Origin: an uncultured archaeon | Lineage (GTDB): Archaea > Altiarchaeota > Altiarchaeia > IMC4 > QMZM01 | Length of the DNA stretch: 27,312 bases | Direction of reading: 5' to 3' | NCBI GenBank assembly: GCA_964549685.1 | Contig: CAZJVE010000015.1 | Location: 1 to 27,312, forward strand | Part shown: piece after piece, positions 8,683 to 16,466 of the stretch | Layout: the number at the start of each line of letters is the position of its first letter | How positions within the stretch are numbered: position 1 is the first letter of the stretch | Program-made: the position numbers and the translations under genes | Notes under the pieces: model-generated | What the model was told of the DNA's origin: nothing | The model's input: only the letters and a program-made list of their open reading frames with translations | Databases searched by the model: none

Positions 8683-9198
8683 TCACTCGAATTCCTCCAG
8701 CTTACTGTCCTTCGCCTTCCTCTTCTGCCTCGCTGTTGAAACCAGCATGTTCCACCCGAACGCAATCCTCTCAAGATAATTCGTAAACGTCAGCGACTCG
8801 TTAAGAATCAGCGCCCTGCCCCTTCCCATTCCCGCTTCAATCTCTCTCTCCCTCTTCAGCAGGCCGAACCTCACGAGCTTGGGAATAATCTTGTTCTCCA
8901 GTGTAGAACGGGAGTAGCCGGTCTCCTTGAGAAACTTCGATATCTCCTTTTTCGTCACCCTCCCATCCTTGAGAATAAGCCTTACGAAGTCACTGGCAAC
9001 CCTGAAGTAGGTGGGCTGATACTTCTCCGGAAATATGAAGTCTATGATATCATCAACCTCCCAGATGACGGTCTTCTCCAGCCCCCCCTTATCCTTTACC
9101 TCGGAACCGTAGTGCTTCGGCAGATACAGGCTCTCCGCAACGGGAATGCCCTTCGACACCGGGGGCTTCGGATTCGGATTGCCGGGCTTTTTGGCCAT
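8683..9198 (-). CDS. Hypothetical protein with probable winged-helix domain
   Basis: VTKKEISKFLKETGYSRSTLENKIIPKLVRFGLLKRE is wHTH-like. Composition is typical of real genes in this window. Confidence 0.75.
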   Translation of the reverse strand: MAKKPGNPNPKPPVSKGIPVAESLYLPKHYGSEVKDKGGLEKTVIWEVDDIIDFIFPEKYQPTYFRVASDFVRLILKDGRVTKKEISKFLKETGYSRSTLENKIIPKLVRFGLLKREREIEAGMGRGRALILNESLTFTNYLERIAFGWNMLVSTARQKRKAKDSKLEEFE

Positions 9199-9230
9199 GT
9201 AATTTATTAAGATGGACTGCTAAATATTGA

Positions 9231-9395
9231 ATGGATAAAATGACAGTTGTATATCTTTGCTCCGGGAAGGACTGCTGCCCAGTCGTTGATGTTTCTGAGG
9301 AATCGGTAAAGATCGGCGAGGATGGCAACTCGTGCACCCTCACAAAGGAGCAGTGGGAAACCCTGAAGGAGAAGGTAAAGACGGGTGAGCTATAG
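9231..9395 (+). CDS. Small Cys-containing protein (54 aa; alternative start 9240), not in ORF track
   Basis: My translation: MDKMTVVYLCSGKDCCPVVDVSEESVKIGEDGNSCTLTKEQWETLKEKVKTGEL*. It fills an otherwise empty gap, TATA-like TTTATTAA lies about 25 nt upstream, and AAG/GAG codon use matches neighbours. Confidence 0.75.
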   Translation: MDKMTVVYLCSGKDCCPVVDVSEESVKIGEDGNSCTLTKEQWETLKEKVKTGEL

Positions 9396-10007
9396 AATCC
9401 TCGTCCCCTTCGTTTTTTTATTATTCATTATATCCTTTATTCTCTCCGGATGTTTTCCGTTTATTATCCAAATATCGAGGCCCGAGTCTTTTACAAAGCC
9501 GGGGAATTCCCTGTCCAGGCAGGAGCTCTCCATCGCGGGTAATTCCTCCGCTGTTAGCTCCGGAATCAGCTCTGCCTTCCCCTTCTCCAGCTCTGCTGTA
9601 GCGCCCCCCCTCTTCGGGTCTGCCGTAAAGACCCCGTCAACGTCCTTCAGGAGGATGAGCCTCTCCGCCCCTCTCTCCATTGCAACATACGCAGCAATGG
9701 AGTCCGAGGTCACGTCCCAGTTCGCCTTCAGGTTCTCATCATCCAGCAGCGTGGCACAGTCAAAAATCTCGCCCTTGAAGAACTCCCCTATCAGCACTCC
9801 TGTCTGCTGCATCGCGAGGATTGCAAGTTTGTGGGCAATTTCCCCCCCAAGCCCGAATTCCCTGTCAATCCCCCTGACAGTATCCGCGAATTCCCCGCCG
9901 CCGGGGACGACGAGAATTTCCTCTGCCCCATTCAGCTCATCGCACAGCCTCTCCAGCACACCCCTGTCCCTGCACAGGCTCCCCCCGACCTTCACAACCG
10001 TTTTCAT
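9390..10007 (-). CDS. mfnE: Amino-acid-kinase-fold protein, MfnE-like ([5-(aminomethyl)furan-3-yl]methyl phosphate kinase; COG2054 type)
   Basis: VVKVGGSL, VVPGGGEFAD, AHKLAILAM, WDVTSDSIAAYVA, LLKDVDGV. WDVTSDSIA is characteristic of this subfamily. Confidence 0.72.
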   Translation of the reverse strand: MKTVVKVGGSLCRDRGVLERLCDELNGAEEILVVPGGGEFADTVRGIDREFGLGGEIAHKLAILAMQQTGVLIGEFFKGEIFDCATLLDDENLKANWDVTSDSIAAYVAMERGAERLILLKDVDGVFTADPKRGGATAELEKGKAELIPELTAEELPAMESSCLDREFPGFVKDSGLDIWIINGKHPERIKDIMNNKKTKGTRIL

Positions 10008-11227
10008 CAGATGACCACCCCTGCATAAAATATTATCAGCGGAACAAGAAGAACGCCCATCAGATGGCTCCTTTTAATCCCCGTCAACGGCGCAACCAGC
10101 CCCAGTGACGTTGCCGTAAACAAAACAAGCAGCCCGAACGGCCCTGTAATCAATAAGACAAGAAGCACAAGCATCCCGATTATAAAGACGGATATTCTGT
10201 GGTAGGGGATTCTCGTTATCAGATGCAGGAACCTCTTCCCTATGAAGAGGGCAAGGAGCGACGAGACCGAGATGGCAATAAGGGCAACGGAGATGAGGAG
10301 AACAAGCTCGTTGAGCCCGAAGTCCTCAAGGAACCTGCCGATGGCGACTGCCGCCCCCGACCTCGCCTTATCTATCGTGTAGAGGGAGAGGATTGAGAAT
10401 ATGGCAACAGCAGTGTTTATACCTCCGACCGAGACGAGGAACTCCCTGGCGTCCCTCTTCCTGGTTATCTCCTGGGCCATGACCGTTGCCTGAGAAGCCC
10501 CCACCCCCGGCAGCGTTCCAACAAGCAGACTGGAAAAGAAGGACTTGACTACCCCGCTCACGACAAGGTCCCTGTCAATCACTCCAATCCAGCTCTCCTG
10601 CGGCGGGATTATGCTCTTCTCCCCCAGGCTCACCAGGAGCGTGGGAATTCCAAACAGGCCCGTAAAGAGGGGAAAGAACAGGATTGTCAACGGGGCCACG
10701 GGGTTGTCCCAGAGCAACAGCCCGAGAATTCCTGATAATATGACCACCAGCAACGCCCACCTTCGGTTCTTTCTCTCGGTGGCTATCATAACAACCAGTA
10801 TTGCGAGAAGTATTAGATGGATGTAGGATTTTATCGCCCCGTAGAATGCCGGCAGGGCCAGGATGAGTACAGGACTCAGCAGGACAAAAATCAGAGTGAC
10901 CCAGACACCGCCCAGAACCGTGAGATACAGGGCCTCAAGGCCCTTCCCCCGCAGCAACAGCCTGTGCCCCGGGAGGACTGAAAGGGCGGTGGCCCCCTCC
11001 GGAGCACCCAAAAATATCGATGGTATGAAGTCCAGAACCGTATGGGTTACCGCCATGGCGATTATGAAGGATGCGACGGCATGGGCGGGAATATCGTATG
11101 CAATGAACACGGACCCAAAGCCAAGGAGAGCAACACAGACATTATTCACATGAATGCCCGGAATAAGGCCGGTAAAGATTCCCGCCGTTATTCCAAGCAG
11201 CGTAAGTGACAGAATCTCAAGAAACAT
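10007..11227 (-). CDS. Archaeal TctA-like (tripartite tricarboxylate transporter large subunit, COG1784/DUF112) polytopic membrane protein
   Basis: GIFTGLIPGIHVN, its internal repeat LVGTLPGVGASQA, FIPSIFLGAP, SVLPGHRLL, and many TM helices. Start moved to ATG 11227 (MFLEIL). Confidence 0.85.
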   Translation of the reverse strand: MFLEILSLTLLGITAGIFTGLIPGIHVNNVCVALLGFGSVFIAYDIPAHAVASFIIAMAVTHTVLDFIPSIFLGAPEGATALSVLPGHRLLLRGKGLEALYLTVLGGVWVTLIFVLLSPVLILALPAFYGAIKSYIHLILLAILVVMIATERKNRRWALLVVILSGILGLLLWDNPVAPLTILFFPLFTGLFGIPTLLVSLGEKSIIPPQESWIGVIDRDLVVSGVVKSFFSSLLVGTLPGVGASQATVMAQEITRKRDAREFLVSVGGINTAVAIFSILSLYTIDKARSGAAVAIGRFLEDFGLNELVLLISVALIAISVSSLLALFIGKRFLHLITRIPYHRISVFIIGMLVLLVLLITGPFGLLVLFTATSLGLVAPLTGIKRSHLMGVLLVPLIIFYAGVVI

Positions 11228-11228
11228 C

Positions 11229-11612
11229 TTAAATCTCAACCCAGTTTGCAACTATCTCTATCTCTTTATTCCACTCGCTCACCTCCCCCCGGATACAGAC
11301 TTCATCCCCCTCCAGGACGTCATAGACATCAATCCTGTATCTCCCCAGGTTCTCTGCGGTATCGTTGAATATAGCCGCCTTTATCCCTCCGCTTTCATCC
11401 CTTATCTCCAGGAAGACATGCCTCCCTCCAGACACGGATTTGTCCGTCACCCTGCCGCAGACCCTGACTGCCCTGTTCAGGTCCTCAATGGTTATGCTGC
11501 CTATGTCTCTTGGTTCAGATTCCAGCTCCAGATTTCTGGAAACAAGAAACAGCATCACCATACCAGCCAGGAAGCACACCATGGCAACCTTTCTCAGAGA
11601 CCTTTCCCTCAT
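11229..11612 (-). CDS. Membrane-anchored OB-fold protein
   Basis: N-terminal TM, then VRVCGRVTD...HVFLEIRDESGGIKAAIF...GDEVCIRGEVSEWNKEIEIVA, an RPA/tRNA-anticodon-type OB fold. Confidence 0.8.
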   Translation of the reverse strand: MRERSLRKVAMVCFLAGMVMLFLVSRNLELESEPRDIGSITIEDLNRAVRVCGRVTDKSVSGGRHVFLEIRDESGGIKAAIFNDTAENLGRYRIDVYDVLEGDEVCIRGEVSEWNKEIEIVANWVEI

Positions 11613-12043
11613 TTTACCTCGACGGCATCCGCCTCAATCTCGTTCTCGAATGTGTATCTACCCACCCGTTTTTCCTTCTGGAAGGTTCCCTCCACCCTTA
11701 CCTCGTCGCCGTCCCGAACCGTTAGATGCCCCCAGGCGAACACGCTGAGCTCTTCCTCATCGTCCCCCAGAGTGAAGGTCGTATAGTTATTCCCTGCTGC
11801 CGACGTCCTGAAATCAACCTCGCTCACTTCGCCCTCTACCTCGACCCCCTTCAGGTTGCAGCGGTTCCGGTTCTCCAGTATTCCAGATACTGAGTCACAC
11901 AAACCCTCCGTCGCAAAACAGAGCTCACTGTCTGAGACCTCCCTGCCATCGGGGCAGAAGTATCTTACTCTCTCTTCGCTCAGACAACCACCCCCTATGA
12001 AAAACACCAAAAGAGCCAGAGCGAACAAAGGCCTCAAATCCAT
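11609..12043 (-). CDS. Putative lipoprotein with OB fold
   Basis: Signal peptide with lipobox-like IGGGC, CPDGxxVSDxxLC motif, and OB fold VEVEGEVSEV...YTTFTLGD...GDEVRVEGTF. Confidence 0.75.
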   Translation of the reverse strand: MDLRPLFALALLVFFIGGGCLSEERVRYFCPDGREVSDSELCFATEGLCDSVSGILENRNRCNLKGVEVEGEVSEVDFRTSAAGNNYTTFTLGDDEEELSVFAWGHLTVRDGDEVRVEGTFQKEKRVGRYTFENEIEADAVEVK

Positions 12044-12114
12044 GGTTAGTTATTTGTCGCTGAACAAAAATCCCGCTACCAGTCCATTTTAAGAACTCAA
12101 TCCAATTCTATAGC

Positions 12115-12909
12115 ATGGCGAAGAAGGACGCGTATCCCGAAAAGGGGGAATTCATTCTAGCAACTGCAAAGGAGGTGTTCAGGCAGGGTGTCTTCGTAAC
12201 CCTGGATGAATACGGCGACAAGAAGGGAATGCTGCACATCTCGGAGATATCCCTGAAGTGGGTCCGCAACATCCGCGACTACGTTAAAGAGGGGCAGAAG
12301 GTCGTCCTCAAGGTGCTGAACGTGAACCCCGAGAGGGGACACATCGACCTGTCCCTGAGAAGGGTCAACGACGCCCAGCGAAAGGAGAAGCTCTACGAAG
12401 TCAAGCAGAAGCAGAGAACCAAGAGAATACTCCAACTTCTCACCAAGGAGCTGAAGCTCACGAAGAAGGACCTGGAGACCGAGATTCTCTCGAAGCTCAC
12501 GGACTATGCCTCCCCCTACGACGGCTTCGAAGCAATTGCAGGAGAGAACGAGCTGATTGAAAAACTCGGGTTCAAGAAGGAACTCAGGGCAAAGCTACTC
12601 GACATCATCACCAAGAACGTGAAGACCCCGTTCGTCGTGGTTACCGGCTTCGTGGAGCTGAAGAGCCATGCTCCCGACGGAGTGGACATAATCAAGGAGT
12701 CTTTAACCAAGATTCAGAAATCGGGCTCAAAGGAAGAGATAGATGTGAGCTATGTTTCGCCCCCTATCTACAGGGTGAAGGTCACGGCAGAAGACTACAA
12801 GAGCGCCGAGAAGCTGCTTCACAAATCCACCGACAAGGGAATCGAGTATATGGAGAAGAACCAGGGCCGGGGGGAGTTCCACAAGGAGATTCCAGAGAAA
12901 CAGAAATGA
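12115..12909 (+). CDS. eif2a: Translation initiation factor 2 alpha subunit (aIF2-alpha)
   Basis: S1 domain YPEKGEFI...GMLHISEISLKWVRNIRDYVKEGQKVVLKVL...RGHIDLSLRRV; C-terminal PPIYRVKVTAEDYKSAEK. Confidence 0.96.
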   Translation: MAKKDAYPEKGEFILATAKEVFRQGVFVTLDEYGDKKGMLHISEISLKWVRNIRDYVKEGQKVVLKVLNVNPERGHIDLSLRRVNDAQRKEKLYEVKQKQRTKRILQLLTKELKLTKKDLETEILSKLTDYASPYDGFEAIAGENELIEKLGFKKELRAKLLDIITKNVKTPFVVVTGFVELKSHAPDGVDIIKESLTKIQKSGSKEEIDVSYVSPPIYRVKVTAEDYKSAEKLLHKSTDKGIEYMEKNQGRGEFHKEIPEKQK

Positions 12910-13079
12910 AGTCAAGGATTCACAGGTGCGGGAGCTGCGGGAAATATACCTTAAAGGACAAGTGCCCCGGCTGCGGGGGAAGCGCTATCGGTTCGAAACC
13001 TGCAAGATTCTCGCCGCAGGACCCCTACGGCAAATACAGGAGAAGGATGAAAAAAGAGATTGAAAGGAATTCTCATTAA
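12906..13079 (+). CDS. nop10: H/ACA RNP subunit Nop10 (57 aa), not in ORF track
   Basis: MKSRIHRCGSCGKYTLKDKCPGCGG...PARFSPQDPYGKYRRRMKK: zinc ribbon plus FSPxDxYxxYR motif, in its canonical position after aIF2-alpha with ATGA overlap. Confidence 0.95.
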   Translation: MKSRIHRCGSCGKYTLKDKCPGCGGSAIGSKPARFSPQDPYGKYRRRMKKEIERNSH

Positions 13080-13434
13080 GCGTGACGCTCTGGAGTTTAT
13101 TCTCGGCGTTTCCAGAGAGGTCTATCCCAAGGAGTTCAGCGCACTTCTCAGAGGCACCAAAGAGACGATAGGCGAGGTTCTTATAATCCCTGGCACGGTA
13201 TTCGGTAACAGATTCGCAAGCACCCCCCTGTACAGGAAGCCCATCGACTACTCGATAATAGGCAGCGTCCACTCCCACCCCAGCAGCAGTTTCAAGCCGT
13301 CCGGGGCAGACATAAGGTTCTTCAGCAAGACGGGCTTCGTGCACCTTATCCTGAGAAAGCCCTACAGGAGCATCGAGGATGTTGCAGCATACGACAAGCA
13401 AGGCAACCGCATCGAACTAAGCATAGAAGAATAA
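13060..13434 (+). CDS. JAMM/MPN+ (Mov34) metalloprotease
   Basis: YPKEF catalytic Glu and JAMM motif GSVHSHPSSSFKPSGAD (HxH-x7-S-x2-D). TTG start overlaps nop10. Confidence 0.88.
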   Translation: MKGILIKRDALEFILGVSREVYPKEFSALLRGTKETIGEVLIIPGTVFGNRFASTPLYRKPIDYSIIGSVHSHPSSSFKPSGADIRFFSKTGFVHLILRKPYRSIEDVAAYDKQGNRIELSIEE

Positions 13435-13484
13435 TTCTTCTTTATTTCCTATTCTATATCTATTACACGCCTGCCAATCTATGC

Positions 13485-13558
13485 GCCCGCATAGGGTAGC
13501 CAGGATATCCTGGGGGCTTGCGGAGCCTCCGACCCGGGTTCGAATCCCGGTGCGGGCA
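13485..13558 (+). tRNA. tRNA-Arg(GCG), intronless, CCA not encoded
   Basis: Acceptor stem GCCCGCA/TGCGGGC; anticodon arm GGGGC-TTGCGGA-GCCTC; T arm CCGGG-TTCGAAT-CCCGG. Confidence 0.95.
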
Positions 13559-13581
13559 ACTGCTAAGTCAGTTGACACCTT

Positions 13582-13654
13582 GAGCCACATACGCTCGCTA
13601 GTGGCTCGTGAATTCACCAGGGAATTCCCCAGCTTTAACGGGGAATTCCCCAGC
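13582..13654 (+). promoter_or_regulatory. Structured or palindromic element upstream of thiC
   Basis: GAGCCAC/GTGGCTC inverted repeat (13582-13607); GTGAATTCAC palindrome; GGGAATTCCCCAGC twice (13620, 13641), able to form a perfect 11-bp stem. Confidence 0.55.
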
Positions 13655-13664
13655 GTAGAGCAAG

Positions 13665-14864
13665 ATGATGAAGGAGATAGCAAAGAAGGAAGGAATCTCT
13701 GAAGAGAAGCTGAAAAGGAGAGTCAGCAGCGGCTCCGTTGTCATAACCAAGAACTCTGAGAGAAACATCGAGCCCATCGCAATCGGGGAGGGAACCAGGG
13801 TCAAAATCAACGCAAACATCGGCACCTCCACCGACACATCGGGCATAGAGAACGAGCTTGAGAAGGCAAGGGCTGCAATCGAGGCCGGCACACACACCCT
13901 TATGGACCTCAGCGTCGGTGGAGACCTCGATTCCACCCGGAGGGAGATTCTAAAAAAGACGGACATCCCACTCGGCACCGTGCCAATCTACCAGGCCTTC
14001 ATTGAGAAGAAGCTGGACATGACTGCCGATTCAATTCTGGAGGTTATAGAGAAGCACTGCAAAGACGGCGTCGACTTCATCACCCTCCACTGCGGAATCA
14101 CCCAGGACATAGTGGAGCGAGTCGGGGAAAGGCTCATTCCCATAACCAGCAGGGGCGGAAGCTTCATCGCCGCGTGGATAATAAAGAACCAGCAGGAGAA
14201 CCCCCTCTACTCTGAGTTCGACAGGATTCTCGAAATAGTCAAGGAATACGACGCCGTCATCAGCCTCGGCGACGCTCTCAGGCCCGCAAGCATCCATGAC
14301 GCCTCCGACTGGTGCCAGTTCCAGGAGCTGCTGAACCTGGGCAGGCTCACGAAGAGGGCAAGAGAGGCCGATGTCCCAATAATCATCGAGGGCCCCGGTC
14401 ACGTCCCTCTGAACGAGATAGAGATGAACATGAAGCTCGAGAAGAAGCTCTGCGACAATGCCCCGTTCTATGTCCTCGGGCCCCTTGTTACCGACATAGC
14501 CCTTGGCTACGACCACATCTCGGGAGCAATCGGAGGGGCCCTGGCTGCAATCCATGGAGCCGATTTCCTCTGCTATGTCACCCCCTCCGAGCACCTGGGC
14601 CTTCCAACGGTCGAGGACGTGAGGGAGGGAGTCATTGCTTCAAGGATTGCAGCCCATGCAGCAGACATAGTCCGGCTCGGCGACACGACGAGAGATGATG
14701 AGCTCTCAAAAGCCAGAAAGGAGCTGGACTGGGACAGAATCTTCGAGCTCTGCATAGACGGCAGGGTGAAGGAAAAGCACAGGGACCTCTGCGGCAAGAA
14801 GGTATGCACCATGTGTGGCAAATACTGCGCACTCAAGATTCTGGAAGAGTATCTGGAAGAATAA
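13665..14864 (+). CDS. thiC: Phosphomethylpyrimidine synthase ThiC
   Basis: KINANIGTS, MDLSVGGDL, GTVPIYQA, SRGGS, SLGDALRP, EGPGHVP, GYDHI, CYVTPSEHLGLP and C-terminal CTMCGKYC Fe-S motif. Confidence 0.96.
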   Translation: MMKEIAKKEGISEEKLKRRVSSGSVVITKNSERNIEPIAIGEGTRVKINANIGTSTDTSGIENELEKARAAIEAGTHTLMDLSVGGDLDSTRREILKKTDIPLGTVPIYQAFIEKKLDMTADSILEVIEKHCKDGVDFITLHCGITQDIVERVGERLIPITSRGGSFIAAWIIKNQQENPLYSEFDRILEIVKEYDAVISLGDALRPASIHDASDWCQFQELLNLGRLTKRAREADVPIIIEGPGHVPLNEIEMNMKLEKKLCDNAPFYVLGPLVTDIALGYDHISGAIGGALAAIHGADFLCYVTPSEHLGLPTVEDVREGVIASRIAAHAADIVRLGDTTRDDELSKARKELDWDRIFELCIDGRVKEKHRDLCGKKVCTMCGKYCALKILEEYLEE

Positions 14865-14895
14865 GAATTTATACTGCCGCAGCAAATATATTTAC

Positions 14896-15522
14896 ATGAT
14901 AGACATCACCTTCTTCATACGCTCCTTTGCCGCTCTATTCATAATAATCGACCCCATTGGCAATGTCCCTCTATTCATTCCGCTCCTGGAGAAATTCAGG
15001 GAAAGGGACAGGAGGGCCATGGTAAGAATGGCGGTTATGATTGCCACCATAACCCTGTTCCTGCTTACAATAGCCGGGAATTTCATCTTCGACATTCTGG
15101 GCATCGAGATGTATTCCTTCCGCATAGCCGGCGGGATTCTCCTCCTCATAATCTCCATTGAGATGCTCTTCGGCAGGAAGAGCAGGACCGATTCCTCGGA
15201 GGAGGACCTGGCCGTGGGAAAGAATGTCGACATTGCGGTAACGCCATTGGCAATCCCTCTCCTTACGGGCCCCGGCGCGATAACAACGGGAATCCTCCTC
15301 TTCGACTCGGCACGAACGCTCATCGAGAAGGCAATAGTCCTTGCGGACATAATCCTCGTATTCATCGTCTCCTACCTCATAATCTCCCGCTCCAATCTGG
15401 TCTATAACGTGCTGGGGAAGACAGGAACCAGGGTCGCGATAAGGGTAATGGGCCTCATGCTCTCGGCAATAGCAGTTCAGTTCATCATCTCCGGCATTTC
15501 CGAGGCCATACTGGCCTTATAG
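14896..15522 (+). CDS. marC: MarC family (NAAT) integral membrane protein
   Basis: IIDPIGNVPLF, SFRIAGGILL, AVTPLAIPLLTGPGAIT, RVMGLMLSAIAVQFI. Start moved to ATG 14896. Confidence 0.92.
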   Translation: MIDITFFIRSFAALFIIIDPIGNVPLFIPLLEKFRERDRRAMVRMAVMIATITLFLLTIAGNFIFDILGIEMYSFRIAGGILLLIISIEMLFGRKSRTDSSEEDLAVGKNVDIAVTPLAIPLLTGPGAITTGILLFDSARTLIEKAIVLADIILVFIVSYLIISRSNLVYNVLGKTGTRVAIRVMGLMLSAIAVQFIISGISEAILAL

Positions 15523-15561
15523 AACGTATTTATACCAATTTATGCAATCATTAATAACAAG

Positions 15562-16092
15562 ATGGACTCGAAATTTTTACTCATCACTGCATCACTATTA
15601 CTGCTTATCAACCTGGCAGTTGCGCAGGAAGATTCGAGCCCCCTGGGGGAAGTCATGTGGTACATGGGATTCGGCGTCGGTTTAATCATTCTGGCCTTCA
15701 TCTCTGAAACGGCCTATAAGGTCTTCAGCTCTCTCTATGCCGGGAGCGCCGATGCAATACCTGCCAGCGGGAAGATAGACTACAAGGAAGACCTGCGCAA
15801 GAGAAAAAAGATTATGGACCAGTTGAGTATCGCCGAGAAGCAGAGGGTGAATACCTGGGAAAAGACGCAGAGGAACCAGGTGGCAAAGAACCTCTTCAGG
15901 CTGATGATATACAAGCGCAACATAAAGCTGAGCGAGGCCTCCAAGGAGTTGGGGGTTGACATAGTGACCATGTCGCGGGCAGCACTGGATCTCAAGACGA
16001 AGGGCATGATAGAAATAGGCGGTGACAGAACCGACCCACACCTCAAGGCGACGAAAGCCCTCTCGGAAAAGGTCAAGGGTATGAATATATGA
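15562..16092 (+). CDS. Membrane protein: signal peptide or TM, second TM, coiled coil, C-terminal winged helix
   Basis: AVA|QE cleavage-like site; TM VMWYMGFGVGLIILAFI; IKLSEASKELGVDIVTMSRAALDLKTKGMIEI is wHTH-like. Confidence 0.7.
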   Translation: MDSKFLLITASLLLLINLAVAQEDSSPLGEVMWYMGFGVGLIILAFISETAYKVFSSLYAGSADAIPASGKIDYKEDLRKRKKIMDQLSIAEKQRVNTWEKTQRNQVAKNLFRLMIYKRNIKLSEASKELGVDIVTMSRAALDLKTKGMIEIGGDRTDPHLKATKALSEKVKGMNI

Positions 16093-16466
16093 CTCTGGAA
16101 ATGGCTCCGAAGACGAGAACCGTGCTTGTTGTGGTATCTATCCTTGTCAGCATTATACCTATCTACTTTTTTGGTTTAACCAACGGGTTTAAAAAAGGTG
16201 ATGATAGGTCGTGGTATCTCTTTCTTTTTATAGACCTGGTGATGATTGCCCTTCTCTATACAATCTCGTATAAAACCCTGATGTCTCTGGTGGGGGTTGA
16301 ACCAAGCACTGCTCCTCCAGCAGAGAAAGAGACAGGGCTGAATAGACAAAAGGAGCTTATAGCTACTCTGGAGAAAGAAGAGAAACAGAGGCAGGAGGAG
16401 GGGGAAATGCTTCAGAGGCAACACACAGACCCAACACAGAATTCTACTGCTCCTAATCAGGACTAA
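16089..16466 (+). CDS. Two-TM hypothetical protein with charged C-terminal tail
   Basis: Two hydrophobic helices then an E/K/Q-rich tail; ATGA overlap with the upstream gene. Confidence 0.65.
   Translation: MTLEMAPKTRTVLVVVSILVSIIPIYFFGLTNGFKKGDDRSWYLFLFIDLVMIALLYTISYKTLMSLVGVEPSTAPPAEKETGLNRQKELIATLEKEEKQRQEEGEMLQRQHTDPTQNSTAPNQD

Noticed and set aside
13485-13558. tRNA as integration site of a mobile element
   Set aside because: No integrase, no duplicated tRNA 3' end seen in the window, and the flanking genes are housekeeping.
13559-13664. Canonical TPP riboswitch upstream of thiC
   Set aside because: The CUGAGA and ACCUGAU core motifs are missing; only CCAGCGUAG resembles the consensus. 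Kept as an unassigned element instead.
13481-13702. 73-aa ORF overlapping the tRNA
   Set aside because: It coincides with a well-formed tRNA cloverleaf and the repeat element, so it is spurious.
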